Assembly (NCBI GenBank): GCA_052426225.1
Contig: JBNJNM010000008.1
Coordinates: forward strand, 186,001-250,000
DNA: 64,000 nt
Direction of reading: 5' to 3'
Source of the DNA: Zancudomyces culisetae HAW-14-8
Taxonomy: Eukaryota > Fungi > Kickxellomycota
The notes beneath the pieces were generated by a model, which had not been told where the DNA came from, did not search any database, and saw nothing but the letters and a program-made list of their open reading frames with translations. Made by a program: the position numbers and the translations under genes. Positions 23,144 to 36,559 of this stretch are shown piece by piece; positions within the stretch are counted from its first letter, which is position 1; each line of letters starts with the position of its first letter.

Positions 23144-26100
23144 TATGATTCTACTCTTACAATCTGTTGTTTTTTTGTATGAATATTAGTTAGTATTCTC
23201 GAGAAAAGAAAGGAAAAAATTTTTAAGTGCGTTTTAAGGGTAAAAATAGAATTAGTGCGATGTCAGCAATGAATCAGAAAAAAAAAATTTTTTTTATGCA
23301 GAACTTAGCGTTGTTTTTTAAACCAATGAAAAGCCTGATTTACTACAGCTTTGTGGAAGAATGTTTTTTTTTGTTGTTACATAATACTTTCAAGCAAATT
23401 TGTTAACATTATTCATACAAATAAAGATGATCCTCTGCAATATACAATAAGGGGCAAAAAAAGGCATCAAGGATAAAAGACCTTCTCGCTCTAGAAAAGA
23501 GCCATCTAGTTGGTGTTGAAATGCAGTACTCTTTTTCTATAATTATTTTTTAATTCTTGCGCCTTCTCGATGCCAACACCCAATGGTATTTAGATGTAAG
23601 TGCGCACAAACACGCTAGGCAAGCGGATGGATTTTCCGAGAAATTGTACGACTATTTCTTGTGGTGCGAGGCAGCGAGCGGAAAATAGAAACGTTAAAAT
23701 ATGCACAGAACTTCGAGGCACGAAGATGCCCCTCCTTCTTTACATAACTCAGCGTTCTATACTGGTTAATTATTGCCTTAGTCTTGTCTCTTTTCGGATT
23801 TCTTGATGTTATTATGTTGCTAGAGATACGAGTAATATTTTGTATTACAATCCCCTCCTCCTAGTATTATTCTTTTGTTTTAAAGAACGTATGAGTAGAT
23901 GATGACTTTAAAAAAAAAAACATCTGCTAGTTGGGCTTTGCTGCTAGTGTTGTTTTTTGGTTTTTCGTCAATGCCAAGAATAAGGGGGTTTAGTGGTCAA
24001 GTACTAGAAGCTACTAACAGTATGGCAATCAACTATTATATCTAAATAACAACACACAGATATTGAACCCACATTTGTTTTTTGCTGGTTTTCATGTGAA
24101 TCACTGAGGATTGTTTGATGGATTGTTCAATAAATTGTGTAGTTAGTTGTGTAGATTGCTAAATGATGGGTGTGGACTGGAATTTTTATCAATTTTGAAC
24201 AAACAATTAGTTTTTTTCCATCATTTTTCCACTATTTGTACAATAAAGAGCAGTGGGAATTGTAAATCAGAATTATTGTTGTCCTTACTGACTAAAAGCC
24301 ACTGTATTTATTTATATATGACTTTTTTCTTTTTTTTTGGTAATTTTTTTTTGTATTCAATGGTATTGTATATCAACTTTTAATTATAGTTCAACTAAAT
24401 ATGATGTAAGCAATAGAGTGTTAAACCACCCCTCTCTCTCTCTCCCCTTCAAAAAAAACCCCCTCAAAGAAACGGGCCTTGTATAAAATATAACGCTATG
24501 TTTAAAGCAGCCGACTGTACAATAAAGTTTGAGCCTCGTGTATGATTCGAATGGAATACAACTGGATTTCTAGCTACTAGGACATTTTTACTATTTTTTT
24601 TATTATAAAAAACAATATCAAACCATTTGTAACCACAAGTGTAGAGCATCATCTTTGGTATTACACATTTTAAGTCGGAGAAATTCATGATTGTAACAAT
24701 TATCCATTTGTAAATGTTGTAAGCACGACAATTATGATCACTAACAATATCTAATCAAAATCACTTGATGTAATACAGATATGAGCCATGGTTTGCAGTT
24801 AAAAAGTAGATCATAAACAATTAGTATATAAACTAAAAGTGAAAAGTAATTCTACGCGATTCCAGACTATGTAGTACTAGTCGTAAGACCTGGGTGTTGC
24901 TGATAAATTTACCTATCTTCGCTTCTGGTTAGGACAAGAGCGTCATTACTGATAATCTTTTATGTAAACACACAATCTTAGATGTATTTTCAAATTTGAA
25001 TGGTTTTTTATGTAATGCACCTTTGTCTTGCCCTCTTTCAACACATTTTGTTGGAAATGTTAGGTAATTTTGCTTCAAGAAATAAATCAGCAAATTGACA
25101 ATTTTAACTACCGAATTTAAAGTGCAATGAGCAAGGGCAATAAATAAATAAGTGAAATTAAAAACAAATACAAAAAGCGTACTTAATACAACTAAAGTTT
25201 TGAAGGAATAAAATCAAGATGAGCGAGTTTTTTGCCTTTGTACTGTCATTTACCTGTAAATATAAACATATTACTGAATGGATATTAAAAATGTAAAAAC
25301 ATAATTCTAAGAGCACATTTTGGAATACTTTATTCGAAAAATAGGTATTTTTGGTGGAATAATAGGATTTTTAAAAAGCGATTCTCTTGTGTCACTAGTT
25401 GCAGGTGGTTTTCTAGGAATAGCGTATGCGTTTTCTGGGTAACTGGTTTAATTATATATATCAGTAAATATTACATTTTTATCGACGAATTTTGAACCAG
25501 CAATTGTCAAAAACGTGTCTACCCTACAAATCGGAGCTACGAGTAACTAACCAAATGGAAGTAGAGGGGTAACATTTACCTGAACAAGGTGTCATTTCTA
25601 AATAATAATCCTAATCCTATCGCTGTTACTTTTTTCTAGATTCGAAATAAGAAGGAGAAACCCTTTGGGATTCTATTATGCAATCGGTAGGTTTACAAGC
25701 ATAGGCATAACTTTATTTTCTTTGCTCAAAAAAATGATAATGATAGTTCACGAAGGCTCAGTGAAAGAAAATAAATCAATGATTGATTTATAATTGCGCA
25801 TACACATAGCTACCTCACTTGTTCTACTTAGCGCTATGGGACCCAAAGCGCTAAAAACACACAAGCCTGTTCCGGTTTTAATGAGTACCCTGGGTCTCAT
25901 GGGTCTGTTGTTTTATGTATTAAGAGTGTTTGGATGAATCTAGCAATCGAACTTGGAGTGCAACATCTCAGAATCCTATAGGGGCTGCAGATAAACAGAT
26001 CACTCTTTTTTCATTGTGGAACGACATTGCGCGCACAAGTGATACCCCTTTTTTAAAGCTAAATGGCGCACAGCGAATCGAGTTGTCAACATGTATGTTG

Positions 26101-26912
26101 TAAGAAGGCTAATAACAATACATACCGCTGGGCCTTCCACTTTTTTCTTTGTTTCTTTAGCTACAATTTTCTTTATACTATCTTGTATCCCGCCCATGAG
26201 AGTACTTGAGAGTACCATTATTACAAGGCATATTATTCTAATAAGGCACCTCGCCAGTTATGCTAGGTTAATAAAGTATATCAATGATTCTCACATTCAT
26301 CGTTCCAAACCTGAGTTCGTGTATAAATGTTACTATTAAAGCTGTACGTAAAATTAGCAACTAAAACTCTAATGAAAAAAAAAATTAAATGGTTATGAAA
26401 TAAAAAGTCTAATAGAAGATAGATAAACGAAAAATAGATAAACCGCAAAGTGGGGTGGGGGAATCTAAAATAGTTGGAAATGAAAAAAAAAGAAAGGTAG
26501 CGGTTTCCATCCATAAATAAATATATATATATACCGAGCATAATATGCTATCCACTCCACGCACGATACATCTGTACAACATTCCCGGCCCTCTCTCCTC
26601 TATTTATTTTCAAATCAACAATAATTTCGAAGCAAAATACAGTTTTGGGTTCATATTGCCTTCTGAAGCTGTGCACAATAAAGAAAGGCAAATAAACAAA
26701 GGGAAAAAGAAAAGCGGAGAGGTAGATAGTTTAGTTCCGACTGCCATGAGGAGGTACATACTTTGAATCATTTGGCTCTAAGACGTAGCCCTCTATTTTA
26801 ATAGACATATATAGTTAATATATGAAAAAAAGTAGACAAAAGCCAACATTTGAGGGAGGGGGGAAGGAAATAAAGAATTACAAATCGGAAAGTCACATTT
26901 GTTGGACTGAAT

Positions 26913-27911
26913 TCACTTACCACCATATCTCATATCCATTCTAATGTCATTGGCGTATCTATTCGATTGCATGTACGATGCTGGAGCAACTTGTTGATAG
27001 CCCACCCTTTCATTAAAGGGGTTGTACGAGTTACCACCCTGGAGATTTCCACCAGGTGACTGATACATATAATTTCTGGATTGTTGGTCTACAATTGAAG
27101 AATCTACGCTTCGGTTTTGGAAATCGATTCCGCCTTGTTGTCCTTGCAAAAGTGGAAGCTGTCCAGTAACGTTACCAAGAGGCCCACCGAGGAAGTTGGT
27201 GACGTTGCCTTCAGGGTTATTGGAGCTAGAGTGAGCCATTCCGATTCCAGAACCGCTTTGACTGTGCCCAACCAAAGATTTATCATCAATTGGGCCTCCT
27301 CCGATATGCCTATCTGAAATACTGCTTGTCACACCACCGGTACTCATCGAGGTATTCAAGGTGTTCGCACCAAGGTTAGGGGAGTGAGTGTTTGTGGAAA
27401 CAAGGCCTGGCTGTGAGCCACCCCTTGCTAAAGATTCAGCACCTGGTCGTCTAGACATTATATTTGAAAGTGGAGGAGGTGGTAAAAGAGGTGCCCAATC
27501 GGTAGGCGGTCTATTTATAGGTGGCATTGGTGGAAGTGGTAACCCCAGTGTGTTAAAATGGTGTGTGAGTGTTTCTACTCGCATTCTCAACATCTGGTTT
27601 TCTTCAGATAGACAGTGTACAATTGTTTGTAGCTCATCATATTGGGCTGAACGAAACTCCAATTCCTTGACGTACTGCTCTCTTCGCTGCCTAAATGCGC
27701 GTTGGGCAGCACGATTCCTTTCAGCTTTTGCAGCCGCCTCCTCGGGTGTATTTCCAACCTTCGAACGAGCTCTGTTTCGACCCTTTGGTGTGTTGTCAAG
27801 TTCGTGTTTAGCTAATTGTTGGTTCTTTGTGCTATCCGATGCATTAGAGCTTACTGCACTTCCGAAGCCTTGAGATCCTTTCGATTTATTAGTATATTGT
27901 GAGGTGTCCAT
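26913..27911 (-). CDS. bZIP transcription factor, Yap/AP-1-like basic region
   Basis: ERNRAAQRAFRQRREQYVKELE followed by a heptad zipper (L..L..ENQMLR..VETL), then a Pro-rich and Gly/Gln-rich tail. Confidence 0.9.
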   Translation of the reverse strand: MDTSQYTNKSKGSQGFGSAVSSNASDSTKNQQLAKHELDNTPKGRNRARSKVGNTPEEAAAKAERNRAAQRAFRQRREQYVKELEFRSAQYDELQTIVHCLSEENQMLRMRVETLTHHFNTLGLPLPPMPPINRPPTDWAPLLPPPPLSNIMSRRPGAESLARGGSQPGLVSTNTHSPNLGANTLNTSMSTGGVTSSISDRHIGGGPIDDKSLVGHSQSGSGIGMAHSSSNNPEGNVTNFLGGPLGNVTGQLPLLQGQQGGIDFQNRSVDSSIVDQQSRNYMYQSPGGNLQGGNSYNPFNERVGYQQVAPASYMQSNRYANDIRMDMRYGGK

Positions 27912-30900
27912 TATTATAACTATGTGTTTATTATCGGGTGTTTACTATCATTACGCAATATCTGCAAGATTAAGTTTGATATTTACGATTAGTATCAGAC
28001 AGTTGTTAATATCAAAGTTAAGGTTGTTGAAAATCAAAATAATATTACTTTATGTGTAAGCAGTAAATATTATTGCGATATTGACTTAATTTTGGCGGAT
28101 TAGTTTGATTTTTTTTTTAAAGTTATTAGAAATATTGCGTTTGATCCGAAGCTATATTCGAAATATTCCCTGAATTCAACCAATTTTTTACTTCAATTAA
28201 CTAATGTTTTGTATTACGAGCATAAGAGTTTTTTTGGTTTAATAATAATAATCTAATACATAACTAAGGGATGAAGAGGTTAACTTGAAGAATTCCTGTT
28301 CCTTTTTGATTATTATATCCTTTGCCTCAATTTATAATATTGGTGATGATTCAAAATTACTGAAATGGTATTTATAATACTGTTCAGAAAAAAAAAATTT
28401 TTTTTTGTAATAAATTAAAGTGGACGATTATTTTAATGAAGAAAGCTCTGCAATTTAGGGAAATGAGATGGTTTTCGTATATTTTTTTGAGTACCATATT
28501 AGAATCCGCAAAAGAAAAAAGAATAAATATGTGCTACTTATTTAGCGTGTAAAGACTGTGCAACTATAAACTCTATAAAAGTAAAAGTCCTGGATAAATT
28601 GCAACTCAACTTCATACCCTGTCCCTCTAATATTAGAATTACTGATATTTGTAATAAAATTAGCGTGATAAACTGCGAACATATATAGCTGCAAATTCAG
28701 TACGTTTTAACTCAAGTGTGAAGTTTGCATGTTATAAACAAAGTTTCTGGGCTAATGAAAATGGTATCCTTGCCGTATTGTTTATAATTTTTTAATTTTG
28801 CGGTAAATTCAAACCAATTATTTAATGATGACTAAAATGCAAAATGGCGGACGATAATAAAAATTTGTCAGTAAATAAAAAACCCAAGATGTTGAACCAC
28901 TTGAATGCACCTTTAGAAAAATACTTTTAAAAGCAAATTACGTACAAAAATATAATGGCGGGAAAAGCGAGTATTAAGCAAAATGTGATACGTTCTAGAT
29001 ATGTCTGCCTTACAAATGCTTTAAAATAAAAATATTTTGTTACTAATCAAAGTGTACCAGGGATGGTTCTCCTCTTATTAGCAATTGGTTCTTTGTATCT
29101 TTGGTGCATTTAATCATTTGAAATTGTTTTAAAAAGATGTATCAGGAATGGCTTGTTTATTATTTTTCTACTCGATAAAAAGTAAAGACACTGAAATTAA
29201 CGGAAGCAGAAATACTTCAAATAAAGAAAATTACAAATCTGGAAACGAGTTATTGGATTTCAAATTCCCGCTTGATTTGGGTCGATTGCACAAAAATAAG
29301 AAGGTGCCTTTGGCCTGAGATATATATACTGGCTAAACCAGATATCATCATGGGTAGCACAGGTCTCAACAAAAAAAAAATGCATTAACCCTTCTCCCTA
29401 TTACAGCCGACAGAAGAAAGGCTATGTGTACATATGGTATACGGGGCATATGCATATGCGGTAGGTTGTACATCAGATGTATAGTGCACTTTTCTCTCAC
29501 GGTTGAAATCTTTTTGTACACGGAGATGCAGAAAAAAGAAAAAATGTCAGGCAAAGTTTTTGCATGGTTTATTTGCCCACAAAAATAATAGGACCATTTG
29601 AAAAGAAATGTCAGATCAAGAGCTTCAACAAAAACAATTTGGTTTGGTTTTTTTTTTAACTTTCCAAAATTTTAAAAACTACAGGATTGTTACTCATATT
29701 TCAAGTTAAAGTAATCTTAATCAGTTGTCCTCACTGGGTGTACTACAACAAAAGTAAAAAAATAACACCATAGATTTACTGGTTTACTTTACTCCTAGGC
29801 AGGTGTATATAAACAGATACAGGATGAATATGTACATTATAATGAATACAAGCATAAACATAAATGCGATAAAATATTGGGAACTACGTGTAATGGTGTA
29901 GCCCTCCCTCTTGACCCAATTTACCCCATCATAAATTTTTGTATCATGACAATGTGCGTTCTAGACGAAACTGCGCTTCTATAAATAGAAAACTTGCGTG
30001 AGCGTGACACCTTTATTAACTATTTGAACATGTAAATATGATGAATTGCTAGTTCTTATTCTCGTTTACCAACTCGTACTACCCTAATCTAACCAATTTT
30101 GTAGTAATTTGCAACCAAAAATTAAATATATACCTAAAAAGGCAAGAATATTAGAGGGAAAAAATGGGGCTATAATTCACTTAGTTTATTGGCGACAAAA
30201 AAATGTTTGGAAAAATAGTCGTTTCCTGAAATGTTAAGCATCACGATGCTTGTTTTGTAGCCTTTATAAAAGTTTGTTGCTTTTTTTTTTACCTTGTGTA
30301 TTTTCGCAAAGAAAAAAAGGCGGTTAAACAAAATGTATCATAATGAAGCCAAAGAAGGAGCTTATAATATTTAGTTACATTGTTGTTTTTTAATGTTTTT
30401 CGGATTTTCTTAGTAACTTTTACATAATTGGTATGTGCAACTTGAATAGCCCAATACATATCATTGTTTACATATCACACTTTGGATCCAACCATCACTC
30501 ATTACATCATTGCAGTGGTTTGTGGTATGCCCAACCCAGTGATCTTTATTATTGTGTTTGACAACAAAAACACGTTTACATTTGGTTGATTTGAGTTTAC
30601 AAATACGCTTAATGCTGTACATATAAAGATACACAGCTTAGAATAAATGAAAATCTGCAAAAAAAAAAAAAGTAGAATTAAGAAAACATAAACAAACATC
30701 ACCAAACTACTAGAAATACAAGACTGGAATAATTAATCTTCACGTAAATTAAACTATTTTAAAAAGCATAAAATAGAAATGTAAACAACAGAAATAAAAA
30801 CAACAACAAATCGATAAAAAAAACAAAAAAAAAACACGCAAAAGTTTATTTTAAAGATAACAATAGTATAGCGCGAATTAAATGCTGATAAGAAGTAGCC

Positions 30901-32713
30901 AAAAGACACACACTACTTTTGACAAAATACATACAAGCTCTTTATTTTGAGACACATATTTCCCATAATTTAGTGGTCTTGGCTAAATGTTTGTCCCTAC
31001 TTTCTCCGGCCAACATTTTTGGTATTTCGCCAAATTTTGTGTTGCACCTGAGAAAAAAAAATTTACGATCCAAAATTTGCTATTTGGGTGGGTTATATTT
31101 GATTATTGGCTAACAGGACTGGACCTATATGTGAGCACAAAAAAAACAGTAAAAACGGCAAAATTGGTATAAAAAAAATTACCTAATAGGGAAAATTCGC
31201 CTCTACACCATTATCTCTTCCCAGCACTTTGTACTCGGAAAGGCGCTTGTAAAAACTGCAATGAACATAAACGTGTTTCACAAATGTAGAAACACTTGAC
31301 TTTTCTTTTTTTTTTTGCTCGTTATAAAATTACTGTATTCAAAAAATGCCAATTAAACGCTCTGAACAGCCAAAGGTACATGTTTGATGGCACAAATGTA
31401 GTACAATATTTGCACTGCCCCAAGTCTCATCATCTTATATACGTAGGCCTCTAATTAATGTCGATTTTACTATTATTTTGAATTAGCTGAATTATATCTG
31501 GGTATTTGGTAGTAGCGTAAAATTAGATGGTTATATCGATCTTTATTTTCCTTGAAAAAAATATCATTAATTATAACAAATAAGGTCAAATAATACGAGT
31601 ACATCACCAAATAAAAGAGAACAGGGCAAAATGAGAAAATAATGCATAAAGATATGCAACCGAGTGCTGATGTGCAGGGACGGATAATAAGGTTTCAAAT
31701 ATTAAAATGGTATTTGTTGTTGTTTCCATTTTTTTACTTGGCTAGTATTTCTGTATGCCTGAGTTTTGTGTTTTTAGAATATATAGTGGTTATGTATAGG
31801 CAGGGTAAAAAGGATTGCTGGTTATTATTATACTGCAACACTCTGTTTTTGCTATAAAGAAACATTTAAACCAACTAATATTATGATAAACGCTACCTTT
31901 TGACTATTAACTCAACAAAAAGGGAGAATAAAATATTATTAAAGTACTGTTAAATTAATGTGGTTGAATACCAAGCATAATACTAGTAGGATACTATTAT
32001 TACCAAAAGAAGATACATTTGATTTCACCATTTAAGTTTAGTTGCTAAGGATCAGCCAAAAAACATATATGTTCACCTTTTGTTAAGGATGTTGATGGTA
32101 CTAGCTGTCAAATTCTGATAAAAGGAAATCACCTTCCACATAGCTGAGTTCTACCCTTATCATATATTGTAGTAGCAAGCCTAGGGGATATTATCTTTTC
32201 TAGCCAAATATAATAGCAAAGTATGCGCCTCACCATTTTGAAAAGGAGGTTAAAAACACCATTATATTTTTACACTCTATTTAACACTGTTTTATTTATT
32301 TTATACACCATGAGTCAATCTGATAAACGGCCCAAATAGTCGGCGTTTATTTGCAAGCCACATATTTGCTTTAACTGTGAAATACTATCTTCACATCGTT
32401 TCTCAAATTATTTGTATATTTGTTTGCTATATTATTTTTTCATACTAAAATAATCGAATTGTGAATAACAAACAGTAACTAGAACACAACTAAATAAATG
32501 AAAAATTGAACCAAAGGGTGATGTTTTCAGAGGAATTTTTAAATTTATTTTCCGAGTTTTCTAACTTGAAGTTGTAGAATAATTGTTATATATGTTCATA
32601 CAAAAAATATATATAATATTTTAAAAAAAAAATAGGGGTGATTCAGGCACACAAGAAAAGTATTTGAATAATACTTTGGGTATGAAATGCAAGCAGAGTT
32701 AGCGTAATAAGAG

Positions 32714-33648
32714 ATGGAAAGCGTATTAAGTAAGATATCCCTTATGTTCATACATCATATCCTATTAATCAAAAGGCTACCCAGTCAACCATAAAAGGTT
32801 TAGCCAAACATCCAAACACTTTTCCTTTGTAATAAAAAAAGCTAAGAATATTGCCTGGAGTTGCCTTTTCAAGACTGGGTAATCAATGCATACTCAAAGC
32901 ATAATTATGAATTCGAAATTCACTAGAAACATCAGTTGGGTTTGTGTTTACAGCAGTGTGTTGGGGAAGTACGAATCCATTCATAAAGATCGGAGCTGAA
33001 GGTTTAAGCGAAATCAAGAAGAGCAACGTTTTCAGTCAAACCATTTCGGAACTCCTCTTTTTGATTACGAATTGGAGGGTAAAGATACTTCATTTCCACA
33101 AAAGATTATTTTTTACCATATTTCTTGTCGTTTCAAAGTGCGCAATGGTTTTAATAAAATATATCTATATTACCACTACTATCACTACCACTTTTTTTAG
33201 TTTTATTTTTAAAAAGAGCATATATACCAATGTTATAATGAAAAAACACATTGATAATATAAAATAAGTGTAATATTGCACTATAGTATATGCTCCCCCT
33301 TGTACTCAACTTAAGTGGCTCGGTTGTATATTACCTGACACTCAGTGATTCTGGTATGTTCATTTTTCATCACTTTATATTGCCTAGCATATTTGTATTA
33401 ACCACGCAAAAGAAAACCAACTGTATTTTAGATATCACAGTAGCTGTTCCTATAGTCAACTCTTTGGCTCTGATAGTCACACAGCTTACAGAGCTTTTGC
33501 TCTTTAACAAAAGGCTTACTAAAGGTACATCCTATCCATTTTAATACAAACTACACTCTAACACCATTAATGATTAATAAATGTAGACGAACTTGTAGGA
33601 ATGCTCTTGGTTGTCACTGGTGTATACCTATGCATGACAAACTCGTAG
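32714..33648 (+). CDS. TMEM234-family small membrane protein; exons 32714-32729, 32927-33078, 33287-33353, 33432-33524, 33587-33648
   Basis: Spliced translation contains the family motifs CWGSTNPFIK, NWRYMLPLVLNLSGSVVYY, DITVAVPIVNSL and LVGMLLVVTGVYLC. Four in-phase GT-AG introns. Confidence 0.9.
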
Positions 33649-36559
33649 TTGCAATAATGAAAACTTTCTCTACTACACCTGGCTAACTTGTTCTATGTGC
33701 ACCTGATTTTATTTTTTGCCTTCACTTTTCTATTATCGTACTTTGACTCAGGTTAATGACAAGACAATTATGCACTCCAAACTACCAAACTTATCACGTT
33801 CTTTGTAATTATGTAAAAGGTTAACCCTAGAAATATTGGGTTGCTTTTGTATCGAATAAGCAAATAACAGGTCACCGCCAATTACCCTGGCCAGGGATGA
33901 TTTTGTATTGTTTGGTTTTTATTGCATTTGTTACCATCAGCTTATTTTTCAACGTAAATATATTTGAATTCCAAAACACAACAGGAAAAATGCCAGCTCA
34001 TCGCTGTTCAAGACGATAAGTAGACATCGCTTTGGACACTTGTTTACATTCACAATTTATACCATAAGCCTTACACAAATGATTATTTTACTTTGTTTTT
34101 TTAAATGTACTTGAGTATATACTCCAGATCTGTTGCCAAGTTGGAGTGCAGAACAGACATAGCCTTTTATCCGCAAAGTTATTGATCTTAATAAGTATAC
34201 TCATACTGGCTTCAGTAATCTAGATGTGATATCGTCGAATTCAAGCAATACTTACTACTTTGATCCTGTTTTTTATTCTCGTCCTATTGGCTACAGGCAG
34301 TAGTTTTACTATTTTATCCAATTGTTTTGCAGTAAATCATGACTTGATATCACATAAGAGCATCACAAGAAACCGTGCAGCCATTACTGGATCTACTTGG
34401 AGACTCCAGCTCTTCCAGGGTTTCTTAAAACAGCAAATGTATCAATTAATTCCAGATTGATATTCGTACTTTTGTTATTTACACACTTCGAATATGTTCT
34501 GAGTTTTCAATAGCCAATGCAATTATATTCGACTCCATTTTTTTTCCTGTTTGGCTATTTATTATGCCTTGCTACTTTTTCGATTTTCACGTTGGCTATT
34601 TTATGAAATCCCAAAAACAAAACTATAAAAACAACAAATAGTGCATGTCCAATAAAATCGTGAATCAAAGAAGCTCCATGATTTCGACTTCAAAAATTTA
34701 TGTGTAAACCGAGTTTTCAAGCACCATTTGGATCACAAACGCGAAAAAACTTTTAAATTTTTTTCCTCCACAATTATTGATTGGAGATAATCTGCTTGTT
34801 TTGTTGTGTTTTTTACATGCTTAAAATCAAACGCCATTTACGTGTTTTGTTTAAGGATAAATATACGCATTAATAAAGTTGGGTGGGATTAATACATGAA
34901 AAATACCCAAATAAAAAACGTGGGCTTTTACTCAAGTATCTTGGTATTTTTGAGTCGTCATTGCTATTTGACACTGAGGTTTATACTGCTTATGATTTTG
35001 TTTACTCAGCAACCAAAAAAAAAGCTTTTGCAAGAAACCGTATCAGTAGATATATAGAAAGGACCGTAAAAAGCTTAAATCAGGGGGTTTGTATTGGCAT
35101 TTTCTTGTCATTTTGGGTAATTGATTCATTCATTATTTTTCCATTATTTTTAAACAACTTCCGGTTGGTTTTTCAATATTAAAATATACCCAGCAAACAT
35201 TTATTAATGCGCTAATGGATTAAATAAAGCTACACGACAAAAAAAGTTAGCCAAATAAATACTAATTATTATAATTCGTGGTAATTGCAGTAACAATTCA
35301 GCAATAAACAAGTGATAAATCAAAAAATTTATAATTAAAACACGACAAGTGTTATTTTTGTTTTGAGCTGGTAAAAGATAGCGAAAAACGAAGAGTATGT
35401 ATTACAAATCGATTAAACCTTAATGACTTTTAAAATAGAAAAATAAACAAAATACAAAATACGAACCTTAGTATTATTGTTTTCAGGTTTCTTCGCTTTA
35501 CATTTCATTTTTCTTTCCAAAATTCGTTAAAAGGAAATAAGCTATATAGTCATATAGTTAAAAAGACGTAATATATCATACTAACGACCAGAGAGGACAA
35601 AAAACTTGACCGAATAAACACTATAGACAAGAAAAAGAGACATATCACGTAAGCTACAGCATATAAATAGTTTTTTCCTCATTTTTTCATCCTATTGTAG
35701 ATATTAGATATATACACTTCATGAAGTTTTTAAATAACTTTGACTGCACTGACTTAAAGTATGCGATAAAGCTTTGGCCATCTTATTTACTATAATTTAC
35801 ATTTATTCCTTTCACCCATTTTTTTGGATGAACTCAGAACAAGTGCATGATACAAACCTCACAGTTTTAATAACGGAGTATAAAAGTATATTTTTAAGTG
35901 TAAATACGAGGCTATTATACTGTGTTGAACATGTTTGTTGAGAATTGAGGAAAGTTGAGGCAAAGATGTGGAATATTGAGGGAATACAGATAGAAATGGA
36001 TATAACAATGGTGAACGTTTTTCATTTCAAACCGACTGTCATTATTTTGCGGAGAATGTTGTGTTTATCATTTTTACTTGGGGCTTTGATTTTTAAACAG
36101 AAGAAAGACAGAAAATTTCGGGTACCTTTACACCATATTTGTTTGATTGTGTAGTTGTGATTGTTCATTCATAAGCAACAAGCCATAAAATTTAAGTATA
36201 CTCATATTTAACTGCTAGTAAATCTAGTTCTTTCTTTTTTTTTTGCTACCAGCACGCGCTAGTGGTTTTTTTTTTGGTGCGCTTGTTTAAATTTAGTGAA
36301 AATATTATGGTCTGTATTTGGAGACATTCTTTTTTCTTGCTTTTTAAACATCATCAATCTCCATCCTCACCAAAAGCATAAATATTTCGTTTTACGGTTT
36401 TTTCGTTTTGAGTTTAATATTGTATATAGATAGAACGATAACAGATATAATGGATCTATTTGAAAATTCGCTTTTCTAAAGATACATATTAGAAGTGTAC
36501 AAGATATAAAAAGATTAAGGTTCGTTACTGTAAACAACATAGGTGGAAAAAGCGGCAAT

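Noticed and set aside
26000-26218. 72-aa ORF with a GTATGT donor and a CAQC motif
   Set aside because: Splicing to the nearest acceptor hits an immediate stop, and I recognise no homology.
33885-33896. Perfect 12-bp palindrome CCCTGGCCAGGG
   Set aside because: A single short palindrome with no supporting context can arise by chance in 64 kb.
33980-34440. Coding-looking minus-strand stretch with donor motifs and small hairpins
   Set aside because: Stops occur in all frames and I found no consistent spliced product.
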